From Methanomethylovorans hollandica DSM 15978 (lineage in GTDB: Archaea; Halobacteriota; Methanosarcinia; Methanosarcinales; Methanosarcinaceae): DNA of 64,000 nucleotides. Where the stretch lies: assembly GCF_000328665.1 (NCBI RefSeq), contig NC_019977.1, forward strand, positions 682,001 to 746,000. The letters are read 5' to 3'. Shown here one piece after another: positions 1 to 8,849 of the stretch; the stretch's first letter is position 1; each line of letters begins with the position of its first letter. The notes beneath the pieces are model-generated. The model had not been told where the DNA came from and made no database searches. It saw only the letters and a list, made by a program, of their open reading frames with translations. The position numbers were made by a program, and so were the translations under genes.

Positions 1-300
1 ATATTCCTGGACTTCGCCGGTAACCCGCACTTTGCTATTTTCAGTGATAACAGAGGCTATTTCTTTAGCTCCTTTATCCCTGGACACAAAGACCTTTGTG
101 GTATCTGAACCATGTTCCACATCTATCAGTAAATGATCTCCGGTATTTGTAAAACGCTCAGATACTACAGTACCTTCAAGATATGCTATCTCTCCGGGTT
201 TGGAAGAAGTACTAAGTTCCTGTATCTGTGTTCCTTCCTGGTAAAAGGTCACGTAAGCTACGCATAGCGACAAAAGCACCATCGTTAACAAAACGAGCAT
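1..300 (-). CDS. membrane-anchored OB-fold nucleic-acid-binding protein (partial, runs off window start)
   Basis: Open frame from ATG at 300 (possibly ATA at 321, EKEEKVM): MLVLLTMVLLSLCVAYVTF transmembrane segment, then ...IAYLEGTVVSERFTNTGDHLLIDV...KVRVTGEVQEY, an OB-fold-like beta pattern. Confidence 0.6.
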   Translation of the reverse strand, partial: MLVLLTMVLLSLCVAYVTFYQEGTQIQELSTSSKPGEIAYLEGTVVSERFTNTGDHLLIDVEHGSDTTKVFVSRDKGAKEIASVITENSKVRVTGEVQEY

Positions 301-454
301 CACCTTTTCTTCTTTCTCTATTTCTTACACCTTCTAATAGCAGCTTATTACAATATTTTTGATAGAATTACTTTCATGTCATCAAAAATATTTAAATTTA
401 CTGCATCTAAGGCATCTGGAAAAAAAGGTTAGCAAAAAAAAGGTTAGCAAAGAG

Positions 455-985
455 TTACTCTTTACTAGCCTTATCTATAGAAACCACTTCAACATCGAAT
501 GTCAGATTCTTGCCAGCAAGTGGGGAATTAAAGTCAAGTGTCACATTCGTATCATTAATGTCTACTATTGTGGCAATTCCCATCATTGTTCCTACCTGAT
601 TGCCTATTTCCAGCACTATACTTGCATTTTCCATATCAGACCTAGGTACTGGGACAAGATATTCCGGGTTATATTCTCCATAGGCTTCATCTGGTGAAAG
701 CTTGAATGTTTTCTTTTCGCCTATGGTCATATTAAGTACCCCGTTGTCAAAACCGCTGATCATTTGTTCTGCTCCGACAACAAATGACATAGGTTCATAG
801 TTTCTTGAAGCATCGTATAGTCCTGACTCTTTTGCAACATCGATCAATGATGTATCAAAAACAGTACCGTTATCATACTTTCCTATGTAGTTCACGCTAA
901 TATTGTCGCCTTTTTCCACAATTGCTGACGGGTCATTATCTGTACAGCCGCTTGAAAAAGCTATGATCAATATTATAAGGATCAA
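455..985 (-). CDS. FKBP-type peptidyl-prolyl cis-trans isomerase (SlyD-like), lipoprotein-type signal
   Basis: VEKGDNISVNYIGKYDNGTVFDTS, MISGFDNGV, PDEAYG, LDFNSPLAGKNLTFDVEV motifs; SGC lipobox. Confidence 0.9.
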   Translation of the reverse strand: MILIILIIAFSSGCTDNDPSAIVEKGDNISVNYIGKYDNGTVFDTSLIDVAKESGLYDASRNYEPMSFVVGAEQMISGFDNGVLNMTIGEKKTFKLSPDEAYGEYNPEYLVPVPRSDMENASIVLEIGNQVGTMMGIATIVDINDTNVTLDFNSPLAGKNLTFDVEVVSIDKASKE

Positions 986-1181
986 ACCTATTTTCTTTAT
1001 TCTCTCACCTCAAACAAATTTGGAAAAAGGATGATTTTATGTGATAAAAAGTTATTGTGATATTTAAGAACCTTTTATATATACTTATTTGAATTACAGT
1101 AATATGTTTTAATTCTATGAAACATAATATACAGGTTATAGGGTAGTGCTTAAATCAAATCAAATTTGAAGAAGGATAACC

Positions 1182-2021
1182 ATGAAGGCTATTTTTTTTC
1201 AGTTACTATTGATCTCTATCATTTTTCTAATGATACTTGCAGGATGCTACGTTTTTCTGCCAGAAGTTCAGCGGAAGCGGTTTGCATGGACAAAGGACAT
1301 CAAGGATCAAATTCTGTCTCCTCACGTCTATCCGTATCTGATCCTTGCAGGATTCATCTATCTGCTCATGAAATCACAGGTTATTTTTTCAATGCAATCC
1401 AAGGTGATCTATTTTCCACAATTGGCGCAATATATCTTGCTTCTGGAAGGCAGTAAAGTAAGCTATTTCCAGATGGTGATCAACCCTGTACTGACATATA
1501 TAAGTGCTTTCATCTACCTATGTGGTTTCTCATATCTGCTGGTATTTACTTTTCTTTTGCTCATAATTACCCGGCAATTCAAAGTTTTGCAGGAATATGC
1601 TATTGGTTTTATTCTGACATATCTTGTAGCTTTTCCTTTCTATATATTGACGCCTGTGAAGGTGACAGGTTATTCTCTTCCTAATGTAGCACCATTATTG
1701 TATGATCTCGATCCTGCTTTAAGGGAAGCATTGTATATTGTGGACCCACTGCAGGATAATTGTTTTCCTAGTCTGCATGCGGCCTTGTCCATAATGGCAA
1801 TGCTTATAGTTCTGTTCAGAACAGATTTCAAAAGGTTTAAAATTTTTGCAGTTGCATTGACAGTTGCTATACAGTTTACCATATTTTATTTGGGCATACA
1901 CTGGATCACAGATTTCATAGCAGGTATAGCTTTGGGTTGTCTTAGTTATTATGTTGCCACAAGGTATAGTCAGTATATAGCCAGCCACATTCCCTTATTA
2001 AGTGGTATTAAATTAGATTGA
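1182..2021 (+). CDS. PAP2-superfamily membrane phosphatase / inositol phosphorylceramide synthase-like protein
   Basis: Multiple TM helices; NCFPSLHAA and YLGIHWITD PAP2 motifs. Confidence 0.85.
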   Translation: MKAIFFQLLLISIIFLMILAGCYVFLPEVQRKRFAWTKDIKDQILSPHVYPYLILAGFIYLLMKSQVIFSMQSKVIYFPQLAQYILLLEGSKVSYFQMVINPVLTYISAFIYLCGFSYLLVFTFLLLIITRQFKVLQEYAIGFILTYLVAFPFYILTPVKVTGYSLPNVAPLLYDLDPALREALYIVDPLQDNCFPSLHAALSIMAMLIVLFRTDFKRFKIFAVALTVAIQFTIFYLGIHWITDFIAGIALGCLSYYVATRYSQYIASHIPLLSGIKLD

Positions 2022-2145
2022 AGTACTTTCCGAAAAGGATCAAAGATCTGTTAAAAAAAAGGCAGCCATCTCGTTCTATTAGTTTGATGGCCGCAATGGA
2101 TCTAAATTTAACTGCCTCTCCTACAAATTATTTGTGGAAAAGAGC

Positions 2146-4536
2146 TCAATTTTTTTGTCTTTTTAAATATTCATATCCAACTGCAATTATACCTATCAGA
2201 AGGAAGGCCATTATGTATGTCCATATCCTTGACTTTTCGGCCTTTGTTCCCTCTAATTCAATATCTTCTACATTTGAAAGGTTCATGTCACCATCGTTTG
2301 CAGATGCAAGCATCTTTCCAGCTGTAATGGCAAACGGAGAAAATCCAGGAGTTTGGGCTTCGAATATGGAATAACTTGTATTGTTGTTTTCAAGAGTTGT
2401 GGGGAGCACTTCCCATGCGGTTCCATTATATCTCTGTAACTTAATGTCACCAGCGCTGATCTCCATCTCTTCAATCCATGAATTATTCACTATGAACTCC
2501 ACGCGTGCATCCCTTATGTTCTCAGATGTAGCAAATCCAGCCTTACCTACCCATATATTGATGTGTTTATAGATTAATCCTTCAGGATTGGTGGATACGA
2601 GTTTTGATCTGTTGTTAAGCACCTCTATAGTGGACGTTATCTCCCCGGAGTTCTTAAGAGAATAAAAGCTGACCTCCTGTATAGGATTACCTTCTCTTGA
2701 GAACTCATAGGTGACATTTTGATTCATTCTGAGGTATTCATTATCCACATCTTTTGCGGCTACGTTTACAAAGTCCTCAACGCTGCCTGCACCACCGCCA
2801 CCGCCACCACCGCTGCTACTGCTACCAGTACTACTGCTGCCGCCACTGCTTTTTCTGCTGCTACCCCCTCCTCCTCCTCCTCCGCTGCTGGCTGCAGACG
2901 TAGTGAGGCTGATACTTACTGCTTCTCCGTGCAATCCATTTTGATTGTAAGGGACCAGAGTATAGTTGTAAGTTGTGGAGCTAGTAAGGTCACGATGTGT
3001 ATAAGTTGAATCTGTTACATTAGCAAGGAGAACACCATTCTGGCTTATATGTACCGTTGCAGTATCTTCGGAAGCATCCCACTCCAGTGTGATCGAGCTT
3101 GTCCTGATATCCTTTCCTTCGAGGTTTGAAATTACGGGCAGCTTCAGTGTGGTAGCTGAATCACTCACTTGTTCAGTATTAATGTTTCCGGAAGTATCGA
3201 CGGTTTCTATACTGATGGTATGTTCCACTCCGTTGCTAAGTCCTGTTGCATTGTAATCGTTGTTTGGGGTACTTGTGACCAGTTTCCCATCTATGTAGAT
3301 CCGAGCTTCACTGAAATCAGGGTCTGCGGGATTAGTCCATGTCCAGTGTATCCAGCTTGCACCTACATTACTTTCCTTAATGCCCGTTACACGTGCCGGT
3401 GGGGCTCTGTCTATGGTCATGGTGGTCGCCTGATCAGTTACTATTGAAGGATTTATGTTCCCGGCAGTATCTACAGTTTGAATGCCGATTGTGTGTACTG
3501 ATCCTTCAAGAAGTCCTGTTGCATTATAAGCACTGGTATTCCTGCTGGATGTGCTTGTTACCAATACTCCGTCCAGGTAGACCATCACATTATTGAAATC
3601 TGCATCATTTGGGTTTGTCCATGCCCAGCGGATCCAGCTTTGTCCAGTAGCTGTTTCCCTCAGGTTTGTAACAGAAGAAGGCGCAGCCTGTCTTGCAGCG
3701 TCGAATGTTGCTGCAGCTGTTCTCAGGGATGTAACTGCCTGGCCGACTTCTGCATTTGTTGCGTTTCCATTATTTGCAACTGTCTGTGCCGCAGCAATTG
3801 CTGCTCTGAATGTATCTATTGATGCTTGCGAGTACTGGCCGATCCCAGTCCCGGGAGTTGCTGTTGACGCCTTTGCATTTGCTTCAGCAATGGCTGTTGT
3901 CAATGTGCTTTTATCTATGGATGTTATTCTGGCAGCATCAAAAGCAGCTTCAGCAGTTGCCAGAGCACTTCTTGCATTGTTTACCCCTGTTTGCGTGGCA
4001 CGTGTATTGTCCGCAACTCCCTGTGCTGTGGAAATTGCTGCTCTGAATGCATCTATTGCTGATTGTGGGTATTGGTTTATCTCATTTCCTGGAACCACGC
4101 TTGCTATTTTCCCATTGGCAGCTGCAATTGCTTGCACCAAATTGGTTTTATCCACTCCTATGACGTTGATTGGGACTATTATGCTAACACTATCATTAGT
4201 GCCACTAATAGTTGCTCTGAATGTTACATGACGTGTGCCAAGACTGTCGTTACGAGGGGTCCAGTCGAAAGCGTATCTATCTGGATTTTGTGTACTTGGC
4301 CTAAATGTTGCCCCAGCTGGCAAATTCAGAGCTTCAACTCTTATTGTGGCATTAATATTCTCGGTATCTCTTGCAGTGACATTAAAATTCAGACGCTCAT
4401 TTTCGCTGATTGTTTTAGGTTCAATAGGTGTAATTACAAGGTCAGCTGCACAAATTCCAGCTGAAATTAAAAACAAAAATAATACAAAGCCTATACAGAC
4501 TAATTTATTTAACTTGATTTGCATTTTACCATCCAC
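2146..4536 (-). CDS. cell-surface PGF-pre-PGF domain protein with Ig-like, FIVAR-like and fibronectin type III repeats
   Basis: Signal peptide; two helical DK..L..AI..A repeats; FN3-like WxWTNP.D.DF repeats; Gly/Ser linker; TPGFSPFAIT motif; C-terminal TM plus basic tail. Confidence 0.85.
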   Translation of the reverse strand: MDGKMQIKLNKLVCIGFVLFLFLISAGICAADLVITPIEPKTISENERLNFNVTARDTENINATIRVEALNLPAGATFRPSTQNPDRYAFDWTPRNDSLGTRHVTFRATISGTNDSVSIIVPINVIGVDKTNLVQAIAAANGKIASVVPGNEINQYPQSAIDAFRAAISTAQGVADNTRATQTGVNNARSALATAEAAFDAARITSIDKSTLTTAIAEANAKASTATPGTGIGQYSQASIDTFRAAIAAAQTVANNGNATNAEVGQAVTSLRTAAATFDAARQAAPSSVTNLRETATGQSWIRWAWTNPNDADFNNVMVYLDGVLVTSTSSRNTSAYNATGLLEGSVHTIGIQTVDTAGNINPSIVTDQATTMTIDRAPPARVTGIKESNVGASWIHWTWTNPADPDFSEARIYIDGKLVTSTPNNDYNATGLSNGVEHTISIETVDTSGNINTEQVSDSATTLKLPVISNLEGKDIRTSSITLEWDASEDTATVHISQNGVLLANVTDSTYTHRDLTSSTTYNYTLVPYNQNGLHGEAVSISLTTSAASSGGGGGGGSSRKSSGGSSSTGSSSSGGGGGGGAGSVEDFVNVAAKDVDNEYLRMNQNVTYEFSREGNPIQEVSFYSLKNSGEITSTIEVLNNRSKLVSTNPEGLIYKHINIWVGKAGFATSENIRDARVEFIVNNSWIEEMEISAGDIKLQRYNGTAWEVLPTTLENNNTSYSIFEAQTPGFSPFAITAGKMLASANDGDMNLSNVEDIELEGTKAEKSRIWTYIMAFLLIGIIAVGYEYLKRQKN

Positions 4537-4884
4537 CCCATGATCTATGGAGTATTTTAAGTTGCTTTATGTTGTCCAGTATTTGATGCTACCTTGCATC
4601 AAGTAATATTTAAAATTACTCTAAAAATCCAGATGGGCGTAATATATTTTTTATGTCATTATTAATAAAACATCAAGTGAGATAAATGGCGATAAAAGAG
4701 CAGAAGAAGGCAGGAACTAAGAAGCCAGCTCAGGAATAAGTGCTTTATCACACATACCCATCCGGTGGTGTATCAAAGAGAAAGTAAATGTGCAACTTAA
4801 TCTTTGCAAAATTAGTCTGTGGGAGGAAGACCCTCCACTCATTTATATCAATATCCAAATAAAATTGCAAAAAACAGTAACATC

Positions 4885-4920
4885 TTAGGAATATCAAAAA
4901 CTTTTTATGGACCCGTAGGG
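4885..4920. repeat. left attachment site (imperfect direct repeat of the tRNA-Ala 3' end and flank)
   Basis: TTAGGAATATCAAAAACTTTTTATGGACCCGTAGGG vs TTAGGACTATCTAAAGTTTTTTTATGGACCGGTCGGG at 20243-20279; identical 12-bp core TTTTTATGGACC (4902-4913 / 20261-20272); immediately upstream of the integrase. Confidence 0.7.
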
Positions 4921-4963
4921 TCTATAATCCAAAATTATATAGACCTAAGCAACGTTTTGTAAA

Positions 4964-6166
4964 GTGATGACTCGCAATGTTGATGATATTCACTGTACTG
5001 ATACAGGTTTTTTATGTGCAATGGAACGCCTGAAAAACTCAGGGATTGGCCAGGAGAACATAAACATTATTGAGAAGTTTGTGATAGCCTGCAGGCGGGA
5101 AGAGCTGGCAAAGAATACTATAATATGGTACATTAATTATAGTACCCGTTTAGCACAGCGCCTTCATGATATGGGATATGACAAGACAATTGATAAGCTG
5201 GAACAGGATGATTTTGATAGGCTGTTATTTTACCTGGAGGAAGAGAGGGGACTTTCACCGAGCAGCCTTAGGAACTATAGAAAGCTGATTAAAAAGTTCT
5301 ATGGATGGGCTTATAATGGCGAGCCTCCACGCTGGATTAAGGACATTAAACTTAATACCATAGATACACCTGTGCAGCCGTCTGATCTACTCACACAGGC
5401 CGATTTTGATAAGCTTATGGAGGCATGTAGACACCCCAGGGATAAAGCCCTTATTGCTGTACTTGCAGATTCCGGGATGAGAGTAGGGGCCCTGGCATCC
5501 TGCAGAGTAAAGAATGTTGTGTTCAATCAATACGGGGCCATTCTCTATATATCACCTACCAGCCAATCAAAGAAAAACACACCTGCAAAAGGTATTCCTT
5601 TAACTTGGTCCACTGGATATCTTAACCAATGGATGGCAGTACACCCACTCAGAGAAGATCCTGAAGCGCCTTTGTGGGTTACCCGTGACAGGAACATGGA
5701 ACCGTTGAGTTACAAGTCTTTCCGAATCACAATAAAGAAGATTGCTGAACGCGCAGGCATAAAGAAGCGGGTTAATCCCCACAGCTTCAGGCATCTTGCT
5801 ATTACTCATTGGATCTTAGACGGATACAACGAGCAGGAGATCAAGCACCGGGCCGGGTGGTCCAAAGGATCCACACAGATGTTTAAGATATATGCCAATT
5901 TCACAGATCAGGAAATTAATGATAGGATCTATGAGAAGTGCGGATTGAAGACAGAGGACAAAAGGCACGTCACCCTTAAGAAGTGTCCACGCTGCAGCAA
6001 CGTGTTAAGGCAGTCGGATAAGTTCTGCTCGCAGTGCTCTCTTGTGCTGGACAGGCAGGCACTGGACGAGATCAAGCAGTATGAAGACAGGTTGCCTGAG
6101 ATACTACAACTTGTAATGAGATCAGAGAAGGCAAGGGAATTAATGGGAAATATGGAGAAAAGTTAA
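4964..6166 (+). CDS. tyrosine recombinase/integrase with C-terminal zinc ribbon
   Basis: Catalytic set: DSGMRVG (R), HSFRH (HxxR), AGW, IYA (Y); C-terminal CPRC...CSQC. Confidence 0.95.
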   Translation: MMTRNVDDIHCTDTGFLCAMERLKNSGIGQENINIIEKFVIACRREELAKNTIIWYINYSTRLAQRLHDMGYDKTIDKLEQDDFDRLLFYLEEERGLSPSSLRNYRKLIKKFYGWAYNGEPPRWIKDIKLNTIDTPVQPSDLLTQADFDKLMEACRHPRDKALIAVLADSGMRVGALASCRVKNVVFNQYGAILYISPTSQSKKNTPAKGIPLTWSTGYLNQWMAVHPLREDPEAPLWVTRDRNMEPLSYKSFRITIKKIAERAGIKKRVNPHSFRHLAITHWILDGYNEQEIKHRAGWSKGSTQMFKIYANFTDQEINDRIYEKCGLKTEDKRHVTLKKCPRCSNVLRQSDKFCSQCSLVLDRQALDEIKQYEDRLPEILQLVMRSEKARELMGNMEKS

Positions 6167-6185
6167 CAGTGAAAGATATTCTCTT

Positions 6186-6779
6186 TCATTCTGTTCCATC
6201 TTTAATATATGGTTCCAAAGATTCTATCGGCTCTAGTTCTTCTATAATTGGTTGCATGTTCAAGTAAAGGACAGGATACTCTTTTTTCCTAGACTCTTCA
6301 ACAAGCTTAAAACTATGCTTTGTGTAAAATGTTACTGACTGTGGCTTTGAGTCAACTGTAATATATCTACACCCTGCAATATCTGATACCTTTTGAGTTA
6401 GGTATATAGCAATATGTAGCATGTATGATCCCACACCCATACGTTGGAACTTTTCATCCGTTGCTAACCTAGCAAGTTTCAAAGCTGGGTATCTTGAGTA
6501 AGGGAAATCATCTACACAGTCAGAAGAATTGATTGATTTAACTTGTATTGTATCGGTGGTTAAAGTGAAATATCCTACTAGATGATTTTGATAATAGCAG
6601 ACATAAGTCTTATTGATGAGTTGCTCTTGATTCCGGAGAGCATCGTTTTTCAAGAAATCGTTTAAATCACTATTTGTACAGTGAAAATATGAAATATCTA
6701 TTCTTTTAGAAAGTGGATGAGTAACAAATTCAGAATCATCTATCTTTGATGTCAAGATTAAACCTAATCGTGCTTGCAA
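6186..6779 (-). CDS. GNAT-family acetyltransferase, toxin type (true start probably TTG at 6755)
   Basis: FHCTNSDLNDFL, LVGYFTL, YPALKLARLATDEKFQRMGVG, GCRYITVDSK, FYTKHSF: pattern of AtaT/TacT-like GNAT toxins. Confidence 0.85.
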   Translation of the reverse strand: MQARLGLILTSKIDDSEFVTHPLSKRIDISYFHCTNSDLNDFLKNDALRNQEQLINKTYVCYYQNHLVGYFTLTTDTIQVKSINSSDCVDDFPYSRYPALKLARLATDEKFQRMGVGSYMLHIAIYLTQKVSDIAGCRYITVDSKPQSVTFYTKHSFKLVEESRKKEYPVLYLNMQPIIEELEPIESLEPYIKDGTE

Positions 6780-6900
6780 GTTTCCTTGCTCTCTTGAACA
6801 TCTCTACCTGCTGTTTTGTGGCTGGTTTCTTTTCGTTCTCCCAGAATTCCCGGGCGTCTTCACCTTCTAGGACCAGACCCAGCTCTATAGGTTTTGCCAT
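6736..6900 (-). CDS. 54-aa protein, putative antitoxin of the GNAT toxin (not in ORF track)
   Basis: Translated by hand: MAKPIELGLVLEGEDAREFWENEKKPATKQQVEMFKRARKLASTIRFNLDIKDR*; GAGGAG directly upstream; overlaps the GNAT start. Confidence 0.7.
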   Translation of the reverse strand: MAKPIELGLVLEGEDAREFWENEKKPATKQQVEMFKRARKLASTIRFNLDIKDR

Positions 6901-7098
6901 CTCCTCTATCTCCTACTACTAATTATAATCTGTGATTTATACAAAAATCAATGTCTATATTAGTTATTACCTGTCTATAAACATTGCCGTTTGTAAAGAT
7001 CCGTGATCCGGACAGGGCAATGATGAACGTGGAGAAAAGATAAAGTTTTTTGATGTGTTAATTTGGTAGATAGTAACAGATCATGATAGTTTACAATG

Positions 7099-7410
7099 TT
7101 ATTTATCGCTTGATTTTTTGTTTTCTCCATCGCTCACAAGCAAGTATAATTCAAATGCCTTGCTCATTGCCTCCATCCGGGTTTTAAGCTCTTCTATCTC
7201 TTCCTGTTGCTTATCCTGTCTTTTCTCAGTATCGGTTATCTTTTTTTCTATGTTGGTGTCATCGGTTAGTTTTTCCGAAGCGTCAACAATCAATATCAGT
7301 GCTTCTGTCCGGTTCCTGGCTTTCCCGGCCTCTATCATTTTATCGAGGTGTTCAATAACCCGGTCTGGCAGTCGGAAATTATATTTTTTTGTGAACGTGT
7401 CGCTTTCCAT
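7099..7410 (-). CDS. ribbon-helix-helix (CopG-like) repressor with coiled-coil tail
   Basis: KKYNFRLPDRVIEHLDKMIEAGKARNRTEAL RHH pattern; heptad-rich C-terminus; divergent from the AbrB-like gene. Confidence 0.75.
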   Translation of the reverse strand: MESDTFTKKYNFRLPDRVIEHLDKMIEAGKARNRTEALILIVDASEKLTDDTNIEKKITDTEKRQDKQQEEIEELKTRMEAMSKAFELYLLVSDGENKKSSDK

Positions 7411-7414
7411 AGTG

Positions 7415-7519
7415 GTACATTTGTATGTATGGTATTTGTATTATGTGGTTTTATAAAAATACAATTGTATGTACAAATGTACGCAAGCTTTAAATGCAAT
7501 CCTAGCATACATACAATTG
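7415..7519. promoter_or_regulatory. divergent promoter region with three operator-like repeats CAWTTGTATGTA
   Basis: CATTTGTATGTA 7418-7429, CAATTGTATGTA 7462-7473, inverted TACATACAATTG 7508-7519; TATA-like TTTATAAA and TTTAAA between them. Confidence 0.6.
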
Positions 7520-7529
7520 GAGGTACAAA

Positions 7530-7694
7530 ATGACTCACAGAATATTAGCACAGGGGAAAAACAGCCGGACCTTCCTTTGTATTCCTGCTTATCTTCGTGA
7601 TAAGTTCGGATTGAAGAAAGGCAGTATAGTAGATGTGACTGACACAGAAGGAAAGATAGTAATTACTCCGATTATGGAGAATGACAAAGAATAA
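7530..7694 (+). CDS. AbrB/MazE/SpoVT-family DNA-binding protein, 54 aa (not in ORF track)
   Basis: MTHRILAQGKNSRTFLCIPAYLRDKFGLKKGSIVDVTDTEGKIVITPIMENDKE*; IP..LR..FGLK.G..V....GKIVITP AbrB signature; GGAGG RBS. Confidence 0.85.
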   Translation: MTHRILAQGKNSRTFLCIPAYLRDKFGLKKGSIVDVTDTEGKIVITPIMENDKE

Positions 7695-7701
7695 GAAGAA
7701 A

Positions 7702-7809
7702 TGTGAATCCCCGGAAGCCGAAACCCCAGAAATTCACAGACTCGCACCTGTGAATATGTCTCTCTAGGCATATATCAGTTTTGTAGGTTCTGGCTTCCTG
7801 GAGACCACA
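7702..7809. ncRNA. candidate structured RNA (long stem enclosing two hairpins)
   Basis: GGAAGCC 7713-7719/GGCTTCC 7792-7798; AACC/GGTT; ATTCACAG-loop ACTCGCAC-CTGTGAAT 7732-7755; ATATGTCT/AGGCATAT 7754-7773. Confidence 0.5.
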
Positions 7810-7827
7810 AAACAGGAGGCAAAGAAC

Positions 7828-8022
7828 ATGACTGAAATCAGAGACTTGCAGACAACTGCAGCGGAATTGTATAACAGTGTGGAAAACAAGAAGTGGATCT
7901 TTACCCACACAAGGAACGAAACCGAATATTACGCCATCAGAAACGCCTTGAAGGTTCTGTCTAACTGGCAACCTGTGGAATGGCAGGGAGAACCGGGCGA
8001 ACGTGTACCCGTGGAGGTGTGA
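7828..8022 (+). CDS. hypothetical protein of the element
   Basis: 64-aa ORF with AGGAGG RBS; closely followed by the next ORF, which has a GGAGGTG RBS. Confidence 0.65.
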   Translation: MTEIRDLQTTAAELYNSVENKKWIFTHTRNETEYYAIRNALKVLSNWQPVEWQGEPGERVPVEV

Positions 8023-8025
8023 ATA

Positions 8026-8340
8026 ATGAAGAAAATCATAAACGGCAAGATGTACAACACCGAGACAGCCGAAGAAATAGCAACCTGGTCTAATTCATAC
8101 TACCCTTCAGATTTCCACTACTGCCAGGAAACCCTATACAAGACAAAGAAGGGAGCATACTTCTTATACGGGGAAGGCGGTCCAGCCTCCCGGTATTCTC
8201 AACCAGTGGGCAACAGTGGCCGGGGTGGTGGCAGTGAAATAGTAGCACTCACAGCCGACCGGGCCTTTGATTGGCTGGAAGAGCACGACCTCACAGAAGA
8301 AGCAGAAAAAGAATTTCCCGGAAAGATCGAGGAGGCCTGA
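8026..8340 (+). CDS. conserved phage/mobile-element hypothetical protein
   Basis: MKKIINGKMYNTETAEEIA...ETLYKTKKGAYFLYGEGGPASRY: motif set I associate with phage/plasmid proteins; function unknown. Confidence 0.7.
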   Translation: MKKIINGKMYNTETAEEIATWSNSYYPSDFHYCQETLYKTKKGAYFLYGEGGPASRYSQPVGNSGRGGGSEIVALTADRAFDWLEEHDLTEEAEKEFPGKIEEA

Positions 8341-8343
8341 AAA

Positions 8344-8460
8344 ATGCCTATTGCAGTATCGAACCTAGCGGGCAATGGTGACAGCGTTATAGACATGCTA
8401 GTTATTGCAGTTTTAATAATCGCATTTTTATATTTTCTTTTTTTGTTTTGTGGTTTTTAA
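8344..8460 (+). CDS. 38-aa single-pass membrane peptide (not in ORF track)
   Basis: MPIAVSNLAGNGDSVIDMLVIAVLIIAFLYFLFLFCGF*; GGAGG at 8331-8335; starts 3 nt after the previous stop. Confidence 0.45.
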   Translation: MPIAVSNLAGNGDSVIDMLVIAVLIIAFLYFLFLFCGF

Positions 8461-8639
8461 GAAATAATAGAAAACTGTAACCCACAAAAGCAACCCGAAA
8501 ATTGCTAGCACAATGCCACAAAATGTATATACTATTAAGTAGAAAACGGCGTCCGATAGCGAAAAGCGAAAAGCTTAAGTGCAACAACTGTGTATATATC
8601 TATTGCAGTAAAAAAAAGAAGAATAAGATGGAGAAAAAA

Positions 8640-8795
8640 ATGCCAATAGATGTGAATTTGTCTTTGGTCAGGATTCGGCGGTCGACTCATCGTGCCCTAA
8701 TGCACGAAGCCCGTGCTCTTGGTTTGAAGCAATGGGCGATGTTTGAGTTGATGGCAGAACACTATTTTAAGCATAGAGGAGACCCGGAAAAATGA
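8640..8795 (+). CDS. small RHH-like DNA-binding protein
   Basis: MPIDVNLSLVRIRRSTHRALMHEARALGLKQWAMFELMAEHY: beta-strand plus two helices; GGAG upstream. Confidence 0.5.
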   Translation: MPIDVNLSLVRIRRSTHRALMHEARALGLKQWAMFELMAEHYFKHRGDPEK

Positions 8796-8849
8796 CCCAC
8801 TAAAGAGCACTTGTGTCCGTGACGGTATTTCCAACAGAAAACAGTATAA

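Noticed and set aside
421..451. AAAAAAAGGTTAGC tandem duplication and the 359-697 ORF
   Set aside because: Duplicated T-tract terminator of the minus-strand PPIase gene; the ORF is an antisense shadow.
2780..2900. Low-complexity CCG/CTG triplet tract
   Set aside because: Encodes the Gly/Ser linker of the PGF-pre-PGF protein.
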